Source: an uncultured virus (IMG/VR IMGVR_UViG_3300025109_000006) (Duplodnaviria > Heunggongvirae > Uroviricota > Caudoviricetes). Taken from it: a stretch of DNA of 64,000 nucleotides. The notes below the pieces were generated by a model, which saw only the letters and a list, made by a program, of their open reading frames with translations, did no database searches and was not told the DNA's origin. Of this stretch, positions 45,262-54,406 are shown piece after piece (the first letter of the stretch is position 1; the number at the start of each line of letters is the position of its first letter). The stretch lies in the IMG/VR virus record IMGVR_UViG_3300025109_000006; one strand, given 5' to 3'. The position numbers and the translations under genes were made by a program.

Positions 45262-46737
45262 CTAAAGCTGCGGGTAATATGCGGCCTTCAACGCCTCAAT
45301 TCTCTTACGTTTATCATCATCTATTATCGGGTCGCGGATTGATTCACCATAAGGATCGATACCTTCTCCCGCACCAGTCTTGGGGTCAGACGCGGGGTAA
45401 GCTACAAATCCTTGAGTGCTGTCGCGTTTATCGCGCTGTTCTTCGGTCAAAGGCAAAGACTCACCAACCCGTTCCGCCTTCTGCGCCGGTATTGTAACCC
45501 TTTGCACGCGCAGCAGTTGATCGAGCACCGCTTGCAACTGCTCAACTTTGTCTTTGCGTACCGCGATTTCAGCGTAGGTTCTACGGTCTGCCTCTGCCAG
45601 CCGTGGTGAACCCATCAACGTGGGCTCACCGACACGCTTTTGCAGTTCTTGGATTTGTACTAACTCGGCCAGATACACTTTGTGCCGGTCTTCGATTGCT
45701 TTCTGGACCTTCTCAGGGTCTGCATGGTACTTCTTCCAATCCCTTTTATCTCCATACGGGGCTTTCGCAATTCCACCCCTGTGAGGTTTATCGGTGAATA
45801 GATTCAGCCACCCTGGCCCAAAGAACCAGCCCGATACGGGCTCACCCGTTTCAGTATCAACGTAATTGTCGGGGAAAATGTCCCTCGGTGTCGGTAATAT
45901 TTTATACGACGGTAATTGCTCCTCGGTGGAACGGTCCCGTAGCGCACTTGTACCAATTTGGTACAGAGTACTCAAACCCTGCGCACCTAACCATGTCAGG
46001 TGTGCTCCAATATCGACCTGCATCTCACCATAGGCAGTATGAGGACGACGCCATCCTTCTGTCAGCCATCTTTCGGGGTGAGCCGTGTCGCCCTTAAGCC
46101 CCAACATCCGTCTCAAGTCATCGCGTTTACGGCTTGCTGCGTATAGACGTTCCTCTGGCTCACCTTCTACTTGTATTTTAGTTTTCGGACTTTCTTCTCC
46201 CCACCCAAATAACCACTCGTCAAGGATACCAGGATTCGCTCTCTCTGAGGTATACTCCCTCTTTTCGGCCTCTCTCAACTTTTCCTCTGCCTCGACAAAC
46301 CCACGTCCAGCGAACATAGGCGCACTTTTTTTCGTGAGTTCCTCTGTTTCATCTGCCCAAGGAGACTTAGCAAGAGTGCCCGCAGGGTCATCTGCATGCT
46401 TCTGCATGTCAACTATACCCTGAAGCGCCTCTGCCAGTTCTGCCCTCTTTCCCCATGCGATTTTTTGTTGTGGCGCACGCTCTAAAGCTTTTATATTCTG
46501 CTCTTCTTCTGTGACGCCCGTCAATACCGTCGTCGGTTTTTTCGTCTCAGCTTCCGCCGCAGCAAGCTCAGCCTTAATTCTCTCGGCTTTAGCTCGCAGT
46601 TCTTCTGCAGTCTCACCTGGTGGGGCTTCCGACGTGGGCGGCGATGTGGGTACTGCCGTAACTGGCGTTCCCGTGTCAGGCGGAACGACCACGGGTAGTG
46701 GTGCGGGTGTCGACTGTCTAGACTTTTTCCAGGACAC
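45262..46737 (-). CDS. Putative internal virion protein
   Basis: AGGAGG RBS; position in the ejected-protein cluster. Confidence 0.65.
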   Translation of the reverse strand: MSWKKSRQSTPAPLPVVVPPDTGTPVTAVPTSPPTSEAPPGETAEELRAKAERIKAELAAAEAETKKPTTVLTGVTEEEQNIKALERAPQQKIAWGKRAELAEALQGIVDMQKHADDPAGTLAKSPWADETEELTKKSAPMFAGRGFVEAEEKLREAEKREYTSERANPGILDEWLFGWGEESPKTKIQVEGEPEERLYAASRKRDDLRRMLGLKGDTAHPERWLTEGWRRPHTAYGEMQVDIGAHLTWLGAQGLSTLYQIGTSALRDRSTEEQLPSYKILPTPRDIFPDNYVDTETGEPVSGWFFGPGWLNLFTDKPHRGGIAKAPYGDKRDWKKYHADPEKVQKAIEDRHKVYLAELVQIQELQKRVGEPTLMGSPRLAEADRRTYAEIAVRKDKVEQLQAVLDQLLRVQRVTIPAQKAERVGESLPLTEEQRDKRDSTQGFVAYPASDPKTGAGEGIDPYGESIRDPIIDDDKRKRIEALKAAYYPQL

Positions 46738-46745
46738 AAGGCCTC

Positions 46746-47114
46746 CTAAGCACTCGACGAATTACTTGGATGTCGTGCAGCAAGTGCCTTAAAAATTCTT
46801 TCATTCGCTATATCAATGTCATCAGGCCCTTCTTGTCCAGAACTACCCGACGCTCCTTTTGCCTGCGCATCTGATCGCGCACGGGCACCAATAGCTTTGT
46901 AGCTCTTACTGTAGTCCTTCTTTGGGCCATATTTCTTCTTCGATTTAGCGGCACGAGATTCACTTGCTTTTTGTCGTTTCGGATCTTTCCACGAAACACT
47001 AGTAGGCGCTGCTGGTTGTTCTGCTTTGGCGGCACGAGCCTCCATTGCTGCTTGTCGTTTCGGGTCTTTAAACGAAACACTAAGAGGCTTCGCAGGGTCA
47101 AATTCTATGCTCAT
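46746..47114 (-). CDS. Basic protein with internal repeat
   Basis: SVSFKDPKRQ / SVSWKDPKRQ repeat. Confidence 0.65.
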   Translation of the reverse strand: MSIEFDPAKPLSVSFKDPKRQAAMEARAAKAEQPAAPTSVSWKDPKRQKASESRAAKSKKKYGPKKDYSKSYKAIGARARSDAQAKGASGSSGQEGPDDIDIANERIFKALAARHPSNSSSA

Positions 47115-50100
47115 TTTTCATTCCCCTTGTTTTTCGCGGCCTTTTCATCTTCCGTTTCTTTCGGCCAGTCAGATGGCCCTAGGCCCAGATCGCCCATGTC
47201 TTGACCGACCGTCGGTGTTTTCTTCTTCTTCTTTTTCGTGGCCTTTTCATCTTCCGTTTCTTTCGGCGTCTCATCGCCCACCACACCCTCTACACCGGGG
47301 ATTTGATTATTTTGTGTCATCGCATCGCTAACCGGGTCGGTACCTGTTGTGGGCTCACCTTTCTTGCTTTGACCGGGTGTTAATTCTTCCTCCAACTCCT
47401 TCTCACTCAGGTGAGATACGACACCACCATCCTCAGCAACCACTCCACCGGCCAAGTCATGTTTGCGATCTTTACGCCGTTTCTTTTTGTTCTTGGTGCG
47501 TCTATCAGCGAAAAGGTCCAAGAAACGATCGATCGGACCAGGCGCATCGCTCGTAGCTTCCTGAGTTGAACCCTCCACGCCCCTTTCAAGGCTCCTCGAT
47601 TCAGCGCGACTCGGCGTAGCTCCTGGCTTGGGTTTGACACGAGTATCGCTAGGAACTGGGGCCCACACCCCTCGCTCCCTCGCAGACTTACCTGCTACGG
47701 CTGCAGGCCCCTTATCCTGGCCTACTGGTGCTTCCTCTTTCTTCGCCGCTGCTGCTGCCGCTGCGTCTGCCTCTGTTGCTTTCTGGGCTAGATAGGCAGC
47801 CATTTCTTGTTCATCTGACAGTTCTCTTCCCGCCGTACTTGGAAGCGCACCCAACGGATTCGGCGAATCATCGGGACGCATCTCATCCGTGGCACCTACT
47901 ATGGTGATGCTTCTATCAGCTAATCGCTCAGGACCACCGATAGTGGCATCTATGTCCTCGTCTTGGGCACGCTCTACTTGGTTTACCGCGCTCTTAATCG
48001 CCTTATCGGAGAACTTATAATTCTGGCCCTCATCGATAGAAGTGAACCAGATTCCAGTAGAACCCTCACCACCCGTAAGAGACACACCCTCAAGATCCGA
48101 CGGCGGCTCAACCTCATCAACCATACCCAAAGCTTCGTTTGATGTCATAGCCGCATGAGCAGCGCCAAGTGCTTCTGATTGCTCTTTCTCTACATAACGG
48201 GGGATCTGCAAAACATCCGTGTTGAGTTTCCCTGCCTTAAGCGCTGCGTCTAAATCCTCACTTGTAAATTGACGCATCGACCCGTTTTCGTTCAAGACAA
48301 ACACATACTCTCGTTCCATCGGATTCTGCGCAACCAAAGGCACTGGCATGACTTCAGCATCGCTACGGGCCTTCTCTTCAGCCTCCGAGGAACCAAACTC
48401 TGTGTGTACACCCGGAGACGAACCACGAAGTATTTTCGACGCTTCTTCAGGTTTAAGCTCGATCAAATTATCCTTAGAGTCAACTTGAAACACACGACCG
48501 TCAGGAGCCGCAAGGTACTGCAGTAGATTACCACTCTCATCCGTTGTCTCAATATAATGGTGTCCCGTGGTGTTGAGTCGATCTTTCTTTGCTTGCTCTA
48601 AAGCATCCTGGGTGACGTACTTACCCGTCTCGGCGCTCTTTAGATACTGACCATCCTCGCCACGAACTAAATCAGCACGTACCATGTCATCGCCACGATC
48701 CATCGCGGCCAGAGTGAGTCGGTCGTACATACCCTTGTCACGATCGTAAATCTTCATCGCACGACGATCAATACGAGTAACATCTGGTGCGGGTCGCTTC
48801 AGATAAATCGCCTGACTCACTTCTCCCGGCTGAATAACGCGTGCGCCTTCGGCAGTAACAACTCGAATTGACCCCATAGGATCAGCAGCATGGCGACGAA
48901 GCCTTGCGCCTGTAACCACTGAGCCATCCTTCATCTCAACCCGAAGAATCTCACCGGAATCAATGCGCTTCAGACCGTAGTTACCCGGAGCACGAAGCGA
49001 TTGTTTGTCCCAAGCAACCAACGCAGCAATATCGTCGCCACCAGGCCTGTACCTTGAGTAGTCAGGCTTGCCATCCTCATCAATAGGGACATGACCAAGT
49101 GCGTCCCAACCATAATCAGCCGCCCAAGCACGAAAGTTAGCGTTCGCAATTCCTTTTGCGATCCCGTATTCGTCGCCTTTCTCGCCATACATTTTCTTGC
49201 TCAAGAAATCCGCGTACTCAATCGCTCGAGCATGTGACTCTTTCCGTGACCGCGCTTCAGCGATTCGGTTCTCTAAGTCCGTCCTCAACTCGCCTTCTGG
49301 CTGCATGTTGTGGTACAACTGAAAAGTCCCCGCCCGCACAAGCTCATGATCCTGGTGTTGCTGCAAAAGGCGCTTTGCTTCATCCTCATCCCCAGCACTG
49401 CCTGCTTTCATAGCTGCGGCCAAAAGAGCCTCCGACTTTTGATAGTCTTCTGCTCTGCGATGTGAATGCTCAGCATGCCGCCGATTGGCAGCATTGTAAT
49501 ACTCCAAGTGATACTTAATGTTTTCCCACTCAGGGGCACCTGTTTTACGGTTTTTAACGCCACGTAGATTATTTTCTGTTGCTTGAATATCAACTTCGCG
49601 TGTGTCACGACCGTCTTTGCCCTTCACAAAGATAAAGAGGTCCTTTTGATTTTTGTCATTAATCTGCGTTATCATGTCCCCGATAGTTTCCCTATACCGA
49701 GGATCATCCGTCGCGATTTTTGCCGTCTTGCCGTAACCAGGCGTCAATTCAACCGGTTTGATTAATTCAAAGACGGAGACGACTGGGTCAGCTTGCCCCA
49801 CGCTAGTATTCAGAACTCGCGTCACTTCTGTCGATAGTTTAGCGTCTGCAGAGCTAACTTTCTCGTTGTACTTAGAATCACTCGCGAGTCGTTGCTTCAG
49901 AATCGTTGTGTGGCTAGCTATTCTTGCGCGATAATCCTGCCCCGCAATATTAGCCATTGCCACTGCATAATCTCTGTTGGCTTTGTAGTACCCAAGGGTT
50001 TCCTTACCAATGGCAATCGAACGCTTGTCGGCCTCAGTCGCTACACCACGCTCCAGTTTTTCTATGAGCCCAAGAACTTTGTAGTACGTGGTCGCAATAT

Positions 50101-50191
50101 CCTTCGTCTCCCACCCATCGGCGGATTTTGCTGCGTCACGCCTACCTGCTAGTCCAAGTATCGCTGCCCGTTCTGTTGCGTATTCTGCCAT
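47111..50191 (-). CDS. Large putative internal virion (ejection) protein
   Basis: 1026-aa charged helical ORF within the virion module. Confidence 0.7.
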   Translation of the reverse strand: MAEYATERAAILGLAGRRDAAKSADGWETKDIATTYYKVLGLIEKLERGVATEADKRSIAIGKETLGYYKANRDYAVAMANIAGQDYRARIASHTTILKQRLASDSKYNEKVSSADAKLSTEVTRVLNTSVGQADPVVSVFELIKPVELTPGYGKTAKIATDDPRYRETIGDMITQINDKNQKDLFIFVKGKDGRDTREVDIQATENNLRGVKNRKTGAPEWENIKYHLEYYNAANRRHAEHSHRRAEDYQKSEALLAAAMKAGSAGDEDEAKRLLQQHQDHELVRAGTFQLYHNMQPEGELRTDLENRIAEARSRKESHARAIEYADFLSKKMYGEKGDEYGIAKGIANANFRAWAADYGWDALGHVPIDEDGKPDYSRYRPGGDDIAALVAWDKQSLRAPGNYGLKRIDSGEILRVEMKDGSVVTGARLRRHAADPMGSIRVVTAEGARVIQPGEVSQAIYLKRPAPDVTRIDRRAMKIYDRDKGMYDRLTLAAMDRGDDMVRADLVRGEDGQYLKSAETGKYVTQDALEQAKKDRLNTTGHHYIETTDESGNLLQYLAAPDGRVFQVDSKDNLIELKPEEASKILRGSSPGVHTEFGSSEAEEKARSDAEVMPVPLVAQNPMEREYVFVLNENGSMRQFTSEDLDAALKAGKLNTDVLQIPRYVEKEQSEALGAAHAAMTSNEALGMVDEVEPPSDLEGVSLTGGEGSTGIWFTSIDEGQNYKFSDKAIKSAVNQVERAQDEDIDATIGGPERLADRSITIVGATDEMRPDDSPNPLGALPSTAGRELSDEQEMAAYLAQKATEADAAAAAAAKKEEAPVGQDKGPAAVAGKSARERGVWAPVPSDTRVKPKPGATPSRAESRSLERGVEGSTQEATSDAPGPIDRFLDLFADRRTKNKKKRRKDRKHDLAGGVVAEDGGVVSHLSEKELEEELTPGQSKKGEPTTGTDPVSDAMTQNNQIPGVEGVVGDETPKETEDEKATKKKKKKTPTVGQDMGDLGLGPSDWPKETEDEKAAKNKGNEK

Positions 50192-50203
50192 TTTAATCTC
50201 TTC

Positions 50204-50971
50204 CTAAAGTTGTGGGCCACCGGGTGGTACAGCGGTTCCTACGGTGGGGAACTTTTTGTACACACCCCCGGCTCTAGCCGCGTCACCACCCGAGAACGCG
50301 CCTGCAGAATGAAGATCGGCACCCATGCCAACACCCGCCATTACACCCTCGGCACCACCCTCCCACTGCGCTGTGGTAGCCGCAGCTTGACCTTGGAGCA
50401 TCGACATCTTCTGTGCCGCAGCATCACTGACTTTACCTTCAGCCGCAGCTATCTGTTGAGCCGCCTGTGCATCCGAGGCTCTCTCTATGTCTCCGCTCTG
50501 CTGACCTATAAAGCCTGCCCGCCTGTCTGCGAGTATCTTGAGGTTCTCTTGGCTGGTAGGACCACCAAAGGGATTCGCCGCTGCAGCCTGCTTAATATTC
50601 GCCTCAGTGCTTTTATTTGCCGCATCAAGTGTTTGAAGGCCTGCCAGTTTCGCTGCATTTTTTTCTGCCGTGGATTTACCAAACGCACCACGATCTAGGT
50701 CCTCACGAGCCTCCTCACCTATCTTGGCTTGTGCTTTACCCTCGGCGCTCGCCTTGTACTTTTTTAGCGCTCGGCTACTTTGCACACCCTTGATGATTTT
50801 TGGTAGCCCCTTCGCAGCAGCGTAAGTCGCACCAAGAATAGCTAAAGTAACTGGCTCAATTGCGTACGAAATATCAGGGGAAACTTCGCCACGAAAGATA
50901 AAGCAAACAACCAACGAAACGAGATACGCAGCTAATTGGAGGGGCGATAATTTCGGTACCAAAAGATTCAT
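50204..50971 (-). CDS. Ala/Gly/Gln-rich pilot/ejection-like protein
   Basis: Hydrophobic N-terminus and Ala/Gln-rich helices, as in podovirus ejection proteins. Confidence 0.6.
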   Translation of the reverse strand: MNLLVPKLSPLQLAAYLVSLVVCFIFRGEVSPDISYAIEPVTLAILGATYAAAKGLPKIIKGVQSSRALKKYKASAEGKAQAKIGEEAREDLDRGAFGKSTAEKNAAKLAGLQTLDAANKSTEANIKQAAAANPFGGPTSQENLKILADRRAGFIGQQSGDIERASDAQAAQQIAAAEGKVSDAAAQKMSMLQGQAAATTAQWEGGAEGVMAGVGMGADLHSAGAFSGGDAARAGGVYKKFPTVGTAVPPGGPQL

Positions 50972-51000
50972 TGATTTCTCCCGCTAAGTATAGCGCACCA

Positions 51001-51984
51001 CTATAGAAAAGACACCACACGGCTATTGCGAATACCGAGACAAAGTTTAGGCGTCAAATTGAAGTAACCTCTCGCCCGAACATTTTTCGCTCGTGAACGG
51101 TTACCCATATTCTGGACAAAAACTGGGGCCGTACCACTTGTATTAAGGAAATACGCCTCCAAAGATATCTCATGAAACCCCTTAGAAAGAGAGGTTAAAT
51201 GGTGCATACTAAACGGAACGGCTGAGTGTGCCTCACCCCATACATATTTCGGGTTGCCGCCTTTAGTTGGGTACTCAGTTTTTGTGTACGTGGGATATGC
51301 AGTCGCGCCATACCCATAAGTTCGAAGCCCTGGACCTTTATGCTCCTCATTGGGTTTCGCCCCTGGAGCTACTGGGTGAAACATATTCTCACCTAAATAA
51401 CGGCTTGAGTTATTGATAGGCTCGCCGTCAAGAACGCCGCGAATCGCCATGAAGGTCCGCTCAACATTTTCGGTTCTGAGGTCCCACTCTCGCCCGTCTT
51501 CGTCATTACTAACACCATGAGCCTTGCCATTACCGTCGACGAACCGACCCATCCAATTGTTATGACTCATAAAAACGCTCCACTCAAGAAGTGCGACCGT
51601 CGCGTCATAAGGCTGATACCAGCGAACTGACGTGCCTGCCAAATTGACCCACTTCGTGTCAGTCTCGTCACCTCTTAGTCCACCGACAGTCGAACCATAA
51701 ACTGCTCCTGTGTCTCGGACAGCGCCCATCCGCGCCAATGCAGCCTGCTCAGGCATGATATGACGCTGAGAAAATCGAAACGAGTAGTCACCAAGATTAA
51801 CCGCGTCTAACTGACCGTTAATCGTCGACATTATGCCACGAGGCGCACCTGAAAAAGTAATGCCCGACTGCTCCGGTTGATGGAGCCGCTTAGTGTAATT
51901 GTCGTTAATCGAGGTAAATTTACTCGATGAAAGCAACGGCTCCGCAGAACCAACCGACATCCCAGGTAAGGTAATGTATGGCAT
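51001..51984 (-). CDS. Putative tail protein
   Basis: AAGGTG RBS before ATG 51984; SKGFHEISLE resembles segments of the upstream gene product. Confidence 0.6.
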   Translation of the reverse strand: MPYITLPGMSVGSAEPLLSSSKFTSINDNYTKRLHQPEQSGITFSGAPRGIMSTINGQLDAVNLGDYSFRFSQRHIMPEQAALARMGAVRDTGAVYGSTVGGLRGDETDTKWVNLAGTSVRWYQPYDATVALLEWSVFMSHNNWMGRFVDGNGKAHGVSNDEDGREWDLRTENVERTFMAIRGVLDGEPINNSSRYLGENMFHPVAPGAKPNEEHKGPGLRTYGYGATAYPTYTKTEYPTKGGNPKYVWGEAHSAVPFSMHHLTSLSKGFHEISLEAYFLNTSGTAPVFVQNMGNRSRAKNVRARGYFNLTPKLCLGIRNSRVVSFL

Positions 51985-51985
51985 A

Positions 51986-54406
51986 TTACACCTTAAATTT
52001 AATAGCAGAAAGTCGTACGCGGCCAATGTGCGCAGACATACCATCGATAATACCACGGCCACCAACAGTGGATGCCCACTCGTACGCAACATCCTGCGAT
52101 GTGTCCTCATGACCACCAAACGTTTTAGGATGACGGGGTGGATCGCTAAGCCACTGCTTAGTCGCCTCTGCGTTATCCCACACACTCGGAAAGTTCGTGG
52201 AGCCAAATAGCGCGATCTCAGAAATCTCAACCGTGTCTTCAATCATCAAAGTCAGCGGAACATTAATACACAAATTAGACGTTAACGTATTACCGCCACG
52301 TCTATCGCGCTTACGTGCAGGTTTTTCAGTCGAACTCGTCGCAGTCCATTCGAATCCTCCATCAGTCGAGGTCGATTTAATCCTGTAGTTTACACCAACC
52401 TGAAACTCCGGGATGTAATGCTCCGTTCGGTTGTGCCAGTTGAAACTGTTAATTGCCGCAGGAGCAAACTTAGAATTGATAATCCAGTTGTCACTTGCAT
52501 CTGATCCAGTACGATAACCAATGTTAAAAAACGCGAAGAAATCTAAGTACTTATGTGGCTGACAAAAGGATCGATATGCCATAGTTTCATAGTTACCAGT
52601 ATGCGCAAGAACGTCATAATATATTTTCGCCAAATCAGGGTCGATATTAAGTAGCTCAATCTCTGCCATGACAAGCAGCTTTGTCTTACCCGACTCAATA
52701 TGCCACGTATCTGTAGTACTAACTATGCTACCTGAACCGTCAGCATCAACAATCTTATTCCACCCCGCGCCATTCCAAGCACTTGTGCCGGGTGAACTGC
52801 CGCTACCATCATAAGGTCGATTCCAACCACCGATAGTCACTTCGTTTCGATACGGAGCAACCTCTGACGCATTTCGATCACCAGGGTAAATCGCACGAAT
52901 TATACCGCCATCAGGAGAACCTAAAAACTGACCTGTGTATGAATCCCGCCTAGACGCATCACGTAGATCAAGTGACCGTGTCCCCCACGCAGCTATCTTA
53001 CTCGGTAAGTGTGTGTTCGGTATTGAATAGGGTTTGATATCGCGTGGAGACAACTCATTGCATCGAGTACGAAATTTCTCCAATGAGGATAAAATAAGAT
53101 TCGCATCGACCACACCCTCAGTTTGAAACTGTGGGGCCGAAACAGGAAGTTCGCCGCGTGGATGAACTGTAACAGTCTCGTCGCTATCCTTCGCCGTCAA
53201 CGGCAATGACATCGCATAAATACGACGACTAAATACACCGATAAAATCACCGGGGCTAAAGTTGTGTTTCTTTCTCTGGACTCGACGGGCCACAATCTCA
53301 ATTCTGTGCGTCCCAGGTAAAACAGGAACAACACAACCTAAGCGTACAGGCAACACTTCAGGGCCACAAGCAGCCGCCCGACTAGTGCGAATCTTACGTC
53401 CAGGTCGAGAATGCCTGCCCGTCCTATAGCTCATAGACTTCGCAGAACTACGCTGACCAAAGATAAAGTCCTCATCATCTGCGCCGTGCATCCTCGGGCT
53501 ATCAGCAATTTTTAGTCCGTGAGCCGATTCCTCGAAAGAATACTTTTTGCCTACAATACTTTCGTCAATGACTTTCCCATCAACACGAATCGCAAACTGG
53601 ACTAACGCCGGGTAAAACCCCTTGGATATATGATGATAGCCACCTATATTTGGGTGCCTTCGCTCATTTGTCGCACTAATCTCATTCAATGGATACGAGT
53701 AAGGTTCGTCTACCTCGCCGTAACCATCAACGGCTGCCGAGGATCTGTAAACTGTGCGGCCATCTTCCGGCCCCAGCTTATTGAGCATTCTATGCTCTTT
53801 CCAAGCAACGTCGAGGTCGTAGTGTGGGCCCCAACCACCATCGGTATGAACGTCACTACTCGTACCGAAGAATTGCCAGGGATTTCTATTCTCGAAAAAG
53901 CCCTGCCAACAATACTGAAGATAGCAATTGATCCATATATTTGCCCTACCTGTCGTAACAGAGACATTCAGTCCATCACTTAGGTCGACATTTTTAACCA
54001 CCGACCATTCACCTGTGTTTGGAATAATCGAAGGAACACCCTCAGTAATTTCGCCCGCAAGTGACGAGTCATAAATGTCTTGGTCCCGAAAGGTAATTCC
54101 ATCAGTTTTAACAAAATTCGGTGCGGTTCTTTCACGTAAAATCTCTGGATGCCGATTCATTCGGACCCAAGACTCCACCGAAGCAGTCTCAAATTGATAG
54201 TACGCCTCATCATCTACTGCAGGGTCATCTACCTCACCGTCATATTGACTCGCGTTTACATCTGACTTTAACTTTGTAGCGTTAAAATTCTGACCATCCA
54301 GCCGACCAGATAGAACCTCTTGTACCGGTTGGTAGTCTTGAGCCATTTCAAGCGGGTCAAGAATATCTCGCGTACGCAAAAACCGCTTAGGAAAGATAAA
54401 TGGCAT
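51986..54406 (-). CDS. Putative tail protein
   Basis: 806-aa ORF coupled to the nozzle-like gene. Confidence 0.65.
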   Translation of the reverse strand: MPFIFPKRFLRTRDILDPLEMAQDYQPVQEVLSGRLDGQNFNATKLKSDVNASQYDGEVDDPAVDDEAYYQFETASVESWVRMNRHPEILRERTAPNFVKTDGITFRDQDIYDSSLAGEITEGVPSIIPNTGEWSVVKNVDLSDGLNVSVTTGRANIWINCYLQYCWQGFFENRNPWQFFGTSSDVHTDGGWGPHYDLDVAWKEHRMLNKLGPEDGRTVYRSSAAVDGYGEVDEPYSYPLNEISATNERRHPNIGGYHHISKGFYPALVQFAIRVDGKVIDESIVGKKYSFEESAHGLKIADSPRMHGADDEDFIFGQRSSAKSMSYRTGRHSRPGRKIRTSRAAACGPEVLPVRLGCVVPVLPGTHRIEIVARRVQRKKHNFSPGDFIGVFSRRIYAMSLPLTAKDSDETVTVHPRGELPVSAPQFQTEGVVDANLILSSLEKFRTRCNELSPRDIKPYSIPNTHLPSKIAAWGTRSLDLRDASRRDSYTGQFLGSPDGGIIRAIYPGDRNASEVAPYRNEVTIGGWNRPYDGSGSSPGTSAWNGAGWNKIVDADGSGSIVSTTDTWHIESGKTKLLVMAEIELLNIDPDLAKIYYDVLAHTGNYETMAYRSFCQPHKYLDFFAFFNIGYRTGSDASDNWIINSKFAPAAINSFNWHNRTEHYIPEFQVGVNYRIKSTSTDGGFEWTATSSTEKPARKRDRRGGNTLTSNLCINVPLTLMIEDTVEISEIALFGSTNFPSVWDNAEATKQWLSDPPRHPKTFGGHEDTSQDVAYEWASTVGGRGIIDGMSAHIGRVRLSAIKFKV

